Positions 37,780-45,381 of a stretch of 64,000 nucleotides of DNA are shown piece by piece (positions within the stretch are counted from its first letter, which is position 1; every line of letters begins with the position of its first letter). The notes under the pieces are model-generated. The model had not been told where the DNA came from and made no database searches. It saw only the letters and a program-made list of their open reading frames with translations. The stretch covers positions 1-64,000 of the IMG/VR virus record IMGVR_UViG_3300009085_000027, one strand, 5' to 3'. Both the position numbers and the translations under genes were made by a program. The stretch is from a virus.

Positions 37780-38408
37780 ACCTAAGTGGGGTCCCGATAC
37801 TTGAGGCCGGTATAGACCGGGACATCAAGATCACAGCCGAGTCCATCATCGATGACGTCAGGAAGCAGACCAGGGCTCTTGGGCTCTTGCCCTACCCAAA
37901 GCCTGACACTGCTCCCGACACCTTGGTTGGGATCGAACTGGAGAGCTTGCCGAATCATGCCCTGGGTCAGCTCTACATCCGGTACACCGCCCATGCCCAG
38001 TACGTCGGTGGGCAGCTCGCTGAGTTGGAGGCGGCGTATCGCCTGGCCTGCACCAACTTGAAGCACATCGATGCCAAGTTGAGGTCCAAGCTCTTCGCCA
38101 GTGCTGTGCCCAAGGCAGAGGTGGCGTCACGGGCAAAGGACGACGCCTTGTACCAAGAGTTCGATACCGAGGTGGTTCGTCTGTTCGCGATGAAGACCTT
38201 GGTCACGGCACACTACAGGGCCTACGACAAGCAGGCTGCGGCTCTGAGCCGCATCATCTCGCTGCGTGAGCTGGAGTTCGAGCAGAACCTTCGGGGGTCG
38301 AACATCGATGCGGCAAAGAACAGGCGTGGTAAGGGCAAGGCCACACGCCCCAGGATGGACATCGACGGTAGCCCCTTGGAGTTCCGCCGGCGAGAGGGGG
38401 AAGACTGA
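37767..38408 (+). CDS. helical hypothetical protein (possible recombination mediator)
   Basis: SD GAGGAGG; coiled-coil character; position in recombination cluster. Confidence 0.6.
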   Translation: MPRLNLSGVPILEAGIDRDIKITAESIIDDVRKQTRALGLLPYPKPDTAPDTLVGIELESLPNHALGQLYIRYTAHAQYVGGQLAELEAAYRLACTNLKHIDAKLRSKLFASAVPKAEVASRAKDDALYQEFDTEVVRLFAMKTLVTAHYRAYDKQAAALSRIISLRELEFEQNLRGSNIDAAKNRRGKGKATRPRMDIDGSPLEFRRREGED

Positions 38409-38914
38409 TGACCCCGCTCTTCTCCTTCACCGCCGAGTTGTCGGACCCCGCACCGATTAGTGTCAACGAGATGTACTCCACCGGTAATGGCGGCAGGCGG
38501 TTTCTGACCTCCGCGGGTCGCCACTACAAGGACCGAATGAAAGAGGTCGTGTCAGAAGCCACGATGTCTTTGAGATGGAAAGACGCCGTCGATGCTGTCT
38601 ATAAGGGTGGGGCCTGGGTTTCTCTGTCCGTAGTCCTGGAGGTAGATCGACTCGCAAACGGGTCGTGGAAGCCGGGTGGTGGCAAGACCACCTCCGGAGA
38701 TCTCCGAAGTCCGTATCGAAAGATGGACGGGTCAAACTACATCAAGATCGTTGAAGACGCCGTCGTCTTGGGCACAGGGATTGACGACTCTGCTCATCTC
38801 GATGTTCGGGTCCGTAAGACCCAAGCCACGGGAAAGCCCCGAGTCGTTGTGGAGTACAAAATCTATGGGACGAGCCACGGAACTGGTCAGCCTGAACAAG
38901 GACAAATCGGATAA
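38408..38914 (+). CDS. rusA: RusA-like Holliday junction resolvase
   Basis: PISVNEMY, DGSNYIKIVEDAV, GIDDS. Confidence 0.8.
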   Translation: MTPLFSFTAELSDPAPISVNEMYSTGNGGRRFLTSAGRHYKDRMKEVVSEATMSLRWKDAVDAVYKGGAWVSLSVVLEVDRLANGSWKPGGGKTTSGDLRSPYRKMDGSNYIKIVEDAVVLGTGIDDSAHLDVRVRKTQATGKPRVVVEYKIYGTSHGTGQPEQGQIG

Positions 38915-39083
38915 CCCGAACTACGCGGTGTGCTACGCCCGAGGCGCTGTGTTCAAAACCGAAGGCCACTTCTTTAGGGTGGAAAAGGGTCGCCGTAATC
39001 TGGTAAAGCGCGAGCTCTGCGCATCCCAGTACTACGGGGCGCGGTGCAGGATCTGTCCCAATCGCGTAGAGGCCCCGTGTTGA
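38865..39083 (+). CDS. small Cys-rich hypothetical protein
   Basis: ATG 38865 with GGAG SD; 72 aa, C..C..CRIC. Confidence 0.5.
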   Translation: MGRATELVSLNKDKSDNPNYAVCYARGAVFKTEGHFFRVEKGRRNLVKRELCASQYYGARCRICPNRVEAPC

Positions 39084-39403
39084 ACCTTGACGATCTCAAC
39101 ACCACAGAGCTAGTTGCTCTAGCCCGGGAGAACGACCCTGATGCACATCGCGGTCTGGGCCGTGACGTGCTGTTCACCCTAATCACAGACACCTACGAAG
39201 ACACACTACCTGAACGAAAAGTTGACAAACTCAGACTGAAGATCATGGGCTACATCCTGGACCACTGGTCCCAGGTGAACCCTCTTCTGTCCTGCCCGGC
39301 AAAAACCAAGAACCCAAGAGCGTGCTTCCGCTGCACTGACGTGCAGGTCGTGGAGTGCGCGTTCGTAAACCCCGCTGCATTCGACAAGACCCAAGGAGAC
39401 TGA
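39077..39403 (+). CDS. hypothetical protein with HeH/Rho-N-like N-terminus and 4-Cys C-terminus
   Basis: LDDLNTTELVALARE; CPAK..ACFRC..EC; GTG with GAGG SD. Confidence 0.6.
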   Translation: MLNLDDLNTTELVALARENDPDAHRGLGRDVLFTLITDTYEDTLPERKVDKLRLKIMGYILDHWSQVNPLLSCPAKTKNPRACFRCTDVQVVECAFVNPAAFDKTQGD

Positions 39404-39404
39404 A

Positions 39405-39881
39405 ATGACACTTCCCGCAGGAATCAAGGCTCGTACCCGTGAAGAGTGGACTTCGATCGCGAACAAAGAGGAGCCCATCGAGCGCAAGCCCATCATCGAC
39501 GCCTTGAAGGCGCTGGGCATCGACCCGATGGACTACCTCGCCATGGACAATGACGAGCGCGTCGAGCGCGTCATGGCGGCTCAGAGCGAGGGTGAGGAGG
39601 AGGCACCGAAGAAGTCCAAGGCCAAGGCCTCGGCTTCATCAGCCTCGGACGAGCCAGTGACCAATGGTAAGTCCTCGGCTGGCAAGGACCTCGCTGGTCT
39701 CCAGGCCACGGTGAACCACCTCCGCGCCGAGGTCGAGGAGCTCAGCGCGCTGGTTCGCGACGCCCACTTCCTGATCCGAGTCCTGGTTCAATCCGACGCC
39801 CGCCTGAAGGGCAACGCCCGGGACGAGGACCTCCAGGGAGCGATGTACGGCAAGCTCGCGGTGGCCCGGGGAAACGGCTAG
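39405..39881 (+). CDS. hypothetical protein, short form of a probable frameshifted gene
   Basis: SD AAGGAG; strong codon bias; ends ..ARGNG*. Confidence 0.75.
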   Translation: MTLPAGIKARTREEWTSIANKEEPIERKPIIDALKALGIDPMDYLAMDNDERVERVMAAQSEGEEEAPKKSKAKASASSASDEPVTNGKSSAGKDLAGLQATVNHLRAEVEELSALVRDAHFLIRVLVQSDARLKGNARDEDLQGAMYGKLAVARGNG

Positions 39882-39906
39882 CCCGGACTGACCAGCTTGG
39901 GGTCCG
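39869..39906 (+). other. putative programmed -1 ribosomal frameshift site
   Basis: In-frame G GGA AAC heptamer, then hairpin CGGACT...GGTCCG 8 nt downstream; -1 frame open to TAG 40084. Confidence 0.7.
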
Positions 39907-40084
39907 TCCACTTCCTGAAGATCATGTGTTCGACATCGACATCGATAAGCTCCACAAGATGTCGATGTCAGAACTCTTCGATCTCATGGGGCAACTGGGC
40001 CTCAGCACAGCGGGTCTAGAGGACCGGGCATCGGCATTGGACAAGCTCATGTCCGATGCCACCACAGTTGATATAGTGGAGTAG
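39875..40084 (+). CDS. -1 frame extension (HeH/Rho-N-like domain)
   Basis: RLARTDQ...IDKLHKMSMSELFDLMGQLGLSTAGLEDRASALDKL...*; ends just before a terminator. Confidence 0.6.
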   Translation, partial: RLARTDQLGVRPLPEDHVFDIDIDKLHKMSMSELFDLMGQLGLSTAGLEDRASALDKLMSDATTVDIVE

Positions 40085-40115
40085 GAGGGGGCGGGTGATC
40101 CGCCCCCTCTCTTTT
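40085..40115 (+). terminator. intrinsic terminator of replication operon
   Basis: GAGGGGGCGG-gtgat-CCGCCCCCTC-TCTTTT. Confidence 0.8.
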
Positions 40116-40125
40116 GGAGGTCACC

Positions 40126-40644
40126 ATGCGCTACCTGCTTTTTGCCTTCACCGCACCCTGGAGTCTCACCATTGGGTGGGGCTGGGTTCTCCTACTCCGA
40201 CTCTTCGCCGCCAGAGATCTGCGGTGGGAGCCCACTGGAGTGCTCACCGCAGAGTGGAGACCCTGGGCAGCCCGGCTCTGGAGGTTCTCCACCACCCTGG
40301 GCCGCGGAATCATCTACCAACCCCAACACCGCGCTCGCCGAGGATCCCCGTGGACCAGAATCCAACACCACGAGCACCTCCATGTCAGGCAGACCGAAGA
40401 CCTCATGCTCCTTGGCTTGATCCTGGGAGCTGCCGTCGCCTCACTGACCCAGGACTGGACTCTTGGCATGGTGCTGTGGTGGAGCAGCGGGATGTGGCAA
40501 GTCCCCAACTTCCTCACCGCCTGGCTTCGTGGGGGTCACCCCTACAGGGACGCCGAGCATGAGATCGCGGCCTATGCCGCCACGGACGAGGACGATGAGG
40601 GCTGGAGTTGGTTGAAGCGACACCGGGCCAGGTCGAACCCCTAA
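40126..40644 (+). CDS. membrane protein with HExxH zincin-like motif
   Basis: GGAGG SD; TM segments; HEHLH and PYRDAEHEIAAY. Confidence 0.6.
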   Translation: MRYLLFAFTAPWSLTIGWGWVLLLRLFAARDLRWEPTGVLTAEWRPWAARLWRFSTTLGRGIIYQPQHRARRGSPWTRIQHHEHLHVRQTEDLMLLGLILGAAVASLTQDWTLGMVLWWSSGMWQVPNFLTAWLRGGHPYRDAEHEIAAYAATDEDDEGWSWLKRHRARSNP

Positions 40645-40648
40645 TCAC

Positions 40649-40666
40649 CTATCAGTTGGTAGGAGG
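40649..40666 (+). promoter_or_regulatory. CTATCAG-N6-GGAGG motif
   Basis: Third copy, upstream of the receiver-domain gene. Confidence 0.45.
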
Positions 40667-40672
40667 TGATCA

Positions 40673-41017
40673 ATGCCAACTGTGTTGTTAGTAGAGGACG
40701 ATGACTTCAAGGCCAGGGCTGTGACCCGAGCCTTGAAGCACCACGAGGTCGTTAGGGTGGGGGACTTCGAGTCCGCCCTGGTAGTGATGGACTCTGTGTC
40801 CATCTACGCCATCGTCACGGACTGGGACTTCCCGTCTCGCCCAGGTGGCAACCCCGTTCATGGGGCCGGTTCCGGCGTGGTGCGCAGAGCCCAAGAGCTC
40901 GGCATCAGGGTCGCCGTGTTCTCCGGGCACCCCAAACCTCCGGAGTTCCCAGGTGCCTGGCTACCACAAGGGAACAAGGTCCACGAGGAACTGTGCGAAG
41001 CCGTAGACGGTCTCTGA
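40673..41017 (+). CDS. stand-alone response-regulator receiver domain
   Basis: VLLVEDD, IVTDWDFP, VFSG. Confidence 0.8.
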   Translation: MPTVLLVEDDDFKARAVTRALKHHEVVRVGDFESALVVMDSVSIYAIVTDWDFPSRPGGNPVHGAGSGVVRRAQELGIRVAVFSGHPKPPEFPGAWLPQGNKVHEELCEAVDGL

Positions 41018-41038
41018 CCCTATCACCACTACGAGACT

Positions 41039-41063
41039 GGCCCCGCACAGGGGCCTTTCTTTT
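41039..41063 (+). terminator. intrinsic terminator
   Basis: GGCCCC-gcaca-GGGGCC-TTTCTTTT between convergent genes. Confidence 0.75.
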
Positions 41064-41065
41064 GC

Positions 41066-41545
41066 CTAGTTCGCGGAGCTCAGCGCCCACGCCGAGAATC
41101 CCACAAGGGTGCCGGCGAGGACCACGCCAAGGGCTAGGGCAAACCCCCAGGTCTCGTAGAACACAGGATCCTGGCTCCTGGCAAACGCCGTGGCCTGATC
41201 CCGTAGGTCCTGGCGCAGACCCTCGATCTCGCGGGCGTAGCTGGCCTCAATAAGACCAAGCTCCCTGGCATGACTGCCTTGAATCATGACCACGGCGTCA
41301 TCGAAGTGCTCCGACCGCAGACGCAACGCCTGTTGGTACCAGAGCAGCCGATTGGTCCATCGAATAGCTGTGTCGGTGTTCAGCAGCATGCCCTGGAATG
41401 GGACCGCCTCTCCACGGGCAACAGCCTCAATGGTGTCGTCCCCTGGAGGCAGGTCTGGGGGCGTGTCTGGGGCATCCTGGGCCCAGACCCGTGTCATTGG
41501 GGCCAAGACCAGCGCGGCAGCCAGGACGAGGCTCAGGGACTTCAC
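41066..41545 (-). CDS. secreted protein with C-terminal TM anchor (spanin-like)
   Basis: Signal peptide ending VWA-Q, coiled coil, C-terminal TM. Confidence 0.55.
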   Translation of the reverse strand: MKSLSLVLAAALVLAPMTRVWAQDAPDTPPDLPPGDDTIEAVARGEAVPFQGMLLNTDTAIRWTNRLLWYQQALRLRSEHFDDAVVMIQGSHARELGLIEASYAREIEGLRQDLRDQATAFARSQDPVFYETWGFALALGVVLAGTLVGFSAWALSSAN

Positions 41546-41913
41546 GGCTGACCCCTTCCAACCCGAAGCATCAGGTCTTTCAGCTTCTCCGGGTCCTTGC
41601 GGAGTTCTTCGACCCCGGCTAGGAGCTGGGCCTCATAGTTCTGCAGGATGAGCTGGTTCTTGACCTTCAGGTCCTCGAGCTCGGACTTCAGGCGATCGCG
41701 CTCGGCCTCGAGACCGACAATCCGCCTGGCGATTTCTTCTCGAGACCTGGCATCGGCCTGACCCACGGGGTCTATAACCGCTGTGATCTGCCTACGGGTC
41801 AGACGCATCACAGCCATGCCGATGACCACAACCAACATCACTGGGGCTAGGACCAGAACCCACCAGTTCTCCCGAGCCCAGGGCCACCCCGTAGTACGCC
41901 ACCAGTACTTCAT
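41542..41913 (-). CDS. N-terminal TM plus coiled-coil protein (i-spanin-like)
   Basis: Single TM followed by a long coiled coil. Confidence 0.55.
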   Translation of the reverse strand: MKYWWRTTGWPWARENWWVLVLAPVMLVVVIGMAVMRLTRRQITAVIDPVGQADARSREEIARRIVGLEAERDRLKSELEDLKVKNQLILQNYEAQLLAGVEELRKDPEKLKDLMLRVGRGQP

Positions 41914-42302
41914 GACTGCGGTGGTTCCGCCGGTGGATTCGACTCACCGGGCAACGACAGATCGTAGCCCCGGCGCTTCGCCATGCCCTTGAAGACTTCG
42001 TAGGCAAACACCGAGGTGACGCCGCTGAAGGCGAAGTACGTCATCGCGGCCACGGCGCCATCAACCCCAGGCTCTGGACTCCGCCAGAAGGCTCCAACAA
42101 CCAGACCGGCTAACACGGGGTGAAGCGGCAGGGTCTTCCGCATCCACCACCAGAACCACTGCATCGGACGACGCTTCTTGGCCTGCTCCTGGGTGAACAC
42201 CCTGCGATTCATCACGACACCCACCATGCCGAAGACAGACATGACTGCGATGAAGGGCCAGTGGGAAAGAAATGCTGCAAGGATCTCGTTGATCGTTTCC
42301 AT
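41910..42302 (-). CDS. putative holin
   Basis: 130 aa, about 3 TM segments, basic C-terminus. Confidence 0.55.
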   Translation of the reverse strand: METINEILAAFLSHWPFIAVMSVFGMVGVVMNRRVFTQEQAKKRRPMQWFWWWMRKTLPLHPVLAGLVVGAFWRSPEPGVDGAVAAMTYFAFSGVTSVFAYEVFKGMAKRRGYDLSLPGESNPPAEPPQS

Positions 42303-42308
42303 ATTGCC

Positions 42309-44672
42309 TCAGTAGTTTCGGGGCCCCGGGTCTTGGAACTCAACCTGAGCAGCGAAGATTATGTCATTCACATCTGTAGGTGATGTAGTTACAACAAGGT
42401 AGTACCCAACAGTTGAGTTATCGACGACTAGGGACAGTCCAGTGATCGCCAATGTTTCGTAACCAATGCCACCAGAAGTGTCTGTTCCAAGACTACCCGA
42501 AACAGTGGGAGCCCCTGGGGTTCCGAAGTTGTAAGTCACAGAACGAAGATCAATGCCGAACCCCGTAACTGCGGTTTCAGTGAGCAGCCGAACCGCCTTG
42601 ATGGTGGCACCAGTCACTATCGAACGGTTGAGTGGTATCCAAAGCCTAGCTGATGCCGCCCAGGCCGCCGGGGAGACCCTCGGGGATGTAGTACCCGAGA
42701 GGTTCCACAGGGATAGACCCTCGCTTCGGTCCAGCGTTGGTTCCGCAGACGCTACGTCCGAACCATTGGTCTGGAAGATAAACTGATCAGGTGTGATGGT
42801 GACCAGGCGCGTCTTTGCAACAGCGCTGCCGTATAGGAAATCCCCGGCTCCGCTACCATCGGCGTCTGCTACTACATTGCTATTGGCATAAACATCGGTG
42901 GTCGCGTAGACATTCGCTGCTGCCATGTCTAGACGGGCAGAGACACTGCCGTACGAATAGATCGTACCATCGACATCGACCTTGAACGTCTCGCGGTAGC
43001 CGTCACCGACCCCAGGGGAGGGCGTGAATGCCCGGAGATGGGCACGCTTTGAGCCACCTGTGTTCTGCGCCCCCCAGAGGACTAGAGACGCGGCATTGGA
43101 GTCATGACCGCCGGACAGGACGTTGTAGCCAACGACAGGGGTGGTATCCCCGGCCTGTACTGGATTGGCGTTGTCGAAGGCATGCTTCCTGCCCAGCGCA
43201 GACACCGCGAAGAATCCGTAGACCTGCGCGTTTCCGGAAACCGGTAGGTGGCTAGGGACTGTGCCATCGAGCTTACGGAGTCTGAACCCCTTGTTGCCGG
43301 TGTTGATCACATCCATGACCTGGTAGAGGCCACCGATGTCTCCACCACTACTGCCGAGCTCGACCATCATCCCACCACCACCGTAGAGATAGCGGGTGAG
43401 ATTGGCGTCTTGGGCCAGCGTGAACAGAACCTCTCCGTCAATAGGGGAGTTCGCGGAGTACGTAATGTTCGGGATTGGAGCCAAGAGATCTGGCGTTACC
43501 GCTGGATCGATCGGCGCCAAGGACAGGTAGTCATAGGTCTCGGACAGAACGTCGTAGGACTGAACGAAGTGACCCATACCCTGGGTCTCTGTTGAGGCGT
43601 ACAGCCGGAACGTCGCCGGACTTCCGTACCTCTGGTCGAGTGTACTGGTGTCCGCACTGCTGAAGTCGGCAACAAAGCGGCCCCAGCTGTCGAAGCGAGT
43701 TGTGTTCAGCTCCGCGCCCTTCGCGTCCATTGCACTGAACTTCAGAGATGTCGATGCCCCAGTGCTTGTACCCGGGCCTTGGGAACCCGACTTGACGTGA
43801 AGCACCGTGTCGCTGCCGTGCAGCGGAGTCATCAAGATCTCTTCGGTGCCAACCGCACGGCTGCTATGGGCACCGTAGGTGGCAAACTGTGTTCGCCACA
43901 CCGTCACAGTACACGGCGAGCTCGCCGCAAATGATGGATTCGACCCGTCCACAGCCTTGAGGATGGCCTCGGTATTCAGAGCCCCGGAGTTGGAGTAGTA
44001 GTAGAAGCCGTCATCACTGGCGCTACCACTGATCTGAATCAGGTCGACCCCCTTCATCAGGAGGTCGGTGTCACCCGAAACGTGGAACTGGCCCGTGGTG
44101 AGACGAACCGTTGTGGGCAACGCTCCACCCGGATTCAGTGTCGCAGCCTGGGTGTACTCCAACTGGGTCTGACCGCTGGACTTAGCCAAGACCTTGCGGT
44201 CCATGAATCCGGCGATGGGATCATCCCCACTCTGGCCGTTGGCTGCAGTGCGCTTTCCCGCGAAGTCAAAGCCGATGCTTCCCGCAGCGGTGTCTCCAAC
44301 GGCATTGGCTCGGAAGTGACTGAGGTCCCGGGCGCTGTCACCTGTCGTGGCGCTGCTCACCACAGAGTTGGTTTGCACCGCACCATGGGTCTTGGCGATG
44401 TCTCTGCCACCACCGCTGGGACCGACGCTGCCGTTATCGTAGGCTCCATCCAGACCAGCGGACTCGAAAGCCGCGAGTCGTGTGTTGAGGTCCTCGTCAT
44501 TCAAGACCAGGGCGTAGTGGGACCTATTTGCGATGGCAGCAGTGAGTTGCTCACCGAAGGCAACACCGCGATTACCGGCACCATGCCCGGCTGGATTGGT
44601 CAGTGAGATCGGGACCTGGGCTCCGAAGCCACCACCATCACCGAACATCTCTTCTTTGGTCTTGAATGCCAT
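42309..44672 (-). CDS. putative tail fibre / receptor-binding protein
   Basis: 787 aa, G/S/T-rich beta composition; downstream of the tail-collar-like gene. Confidence 0.6.
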   Translation of the reverse strand: MAFKTKEEMFGDGGGFGAQVPISLTNPAGHGAGNRGVAFGEQLTAAIANRSHYALVLNDEDLNTRLAAFESAGLDGAYDNGSVGPSGGGRDIAKTHGAVQTNSVVSSATTGDSARDLSHFRANAVGDTAAGSIGFDFAGKRTAANGQSGDDPIAGFMDRKVLAKSSGQTQLEYTQAATLNPGGALPTTVRLTTGQFHVSGDTDLLMKGVDLIQISGSASDDGFYYYSNSGALNTEAILKAVDGSNPSFAASSPCTVTVWRTQFATYGAHSSRAVGTEEILMTPLHGSDTVLHVKSGSQGPGTSTGASTSLKFSAMDAKGAELNTTRFDSWGRFVADFSSADTSTLDQRYGSPATFRLYASTETQGMGHFVQSYDVLSETYDYLSLAPIDPAVTPDLLAPIPNITYSANSPIDGEVLFTLAQDANLTRYLYGGGGMMVELGSSGGDIGGLYQVMDVINTGNKGFRLRKLDGTVPSHLPVSGNAQVYGFFAVSALGRKHAFDNANPVQAGDTTPVVGYNVLSGGHDSNAASLVLWGAQNTGGSKRAHLRAFTPSPGVGDGYRETFKVDVDGTIYSYGSVSARLDMAAANVYATTDVYANSNVVADADGSGAGDFLYGSAVAKTRLVTITPDQFIFQTNGSDVASAEPTLDRSEGLSLWNLSGTTSPRVSPAAWAASARLWIPLNRSIVTGATIKAVRLLTETAVTGFGIDLRSVTYNFGTPGAPTVSGSLGTDTSGGIGYETLAITGLSLVVDNSTVGYYLVVTTSPTDVNDIIFAAQVEFQDPGPRNY

Positions 44673-44712
44673 GATCTAAATCTCCAGCCAGGTCTTTCCT
44701 AGAACAGTGGAA

Positions 44713-45381
44713 TCACCCCAGGCGCATCTCCCAGCGGACCTCAATAGAGAACACACCCGTCTTGTGGACGGTGTCGAACGTGTCATACGCCACGAGGCTA
44801 GTTCCAGCCCCCGGGTAGGTACCAGCTGCACCGTTGGGCAGCTCAGGATTGGCAGCCGAGGTGTACAACCCAATCTCAGAGAGCGGAACCGAAGTGAACC
44901 CACCCCAGTTGATGTCCGAGACCGAGAACAATGCGATGAACCGAGTCGACGTCGCAGTCGGGAACGTCCCGGGCGCTACGATCTCCTTCAGCCATGCTGG
45001 GTTCGGAGCCGCATAGTCCGTCACCGAAACTGGACGCTCCAGATTACTCACCGTGACATCGATATCGGTCTGGGCGTTGTGCGGACCACCAAGGTACTCG
45101 TAACCCAAGGGGTAGACATCAGAGTACGGCGATGCGCTGGCGCTGCCCGAGTTCTGGCGAGTTCCACCGATCCCAAACCCGACGTAGCGAACCACGTGGT
45201 TCTGATGGCGGGTGAATCCGCCGGGGGTCAAGGACTGTGGAGTGATGGTCTCACAGATGAACTGCCGACCACTGTTCACCACAATGTTGTGGGTGCGCTG
45301 GTGCCACCGCCTACGCTTGCCACGCTCGTACAGATCGATTTCCAGATTCCAGCGAACGTCTATGCCTTCATTGATCTTCAT
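44713..45381 (-). CDS. tail-collar / baseplate fibre-attachment protein
   Basis: HNIVVNSGR..YVGFGIGG..LSEIGLY..AYDTF..KT..IEVRWE pattern. Confidence 0.65.
   Translation of the reverse strand: MKINEGIDVRWNLEIDLYERGKRRRWHQRTHNIVVNSGRQFICETITPQSLTPGGFTRHQNHVVRYVGFGIGGTRQNSGSASASPYSDVYPLGYEYLGGPHNAQTDIDVTVSNLERPVSVTDYAAPNPAWLKEIVAPGTFPTATSTRFIALFSVSDINWGGFTSVPLSEIGLYTSAANPELPNGAAGTYPGAGTSLVAYDTFDTVHKTGVFSIEVRWEMRLG

Noticed and set aside
38830-38836. In-frame G GGA AAG slippery heptamer in the rusA-like gene
   Set aside because: The -1 frame stops after about 20 codons and is not the frame of the next gene; no clear downstream stimulator
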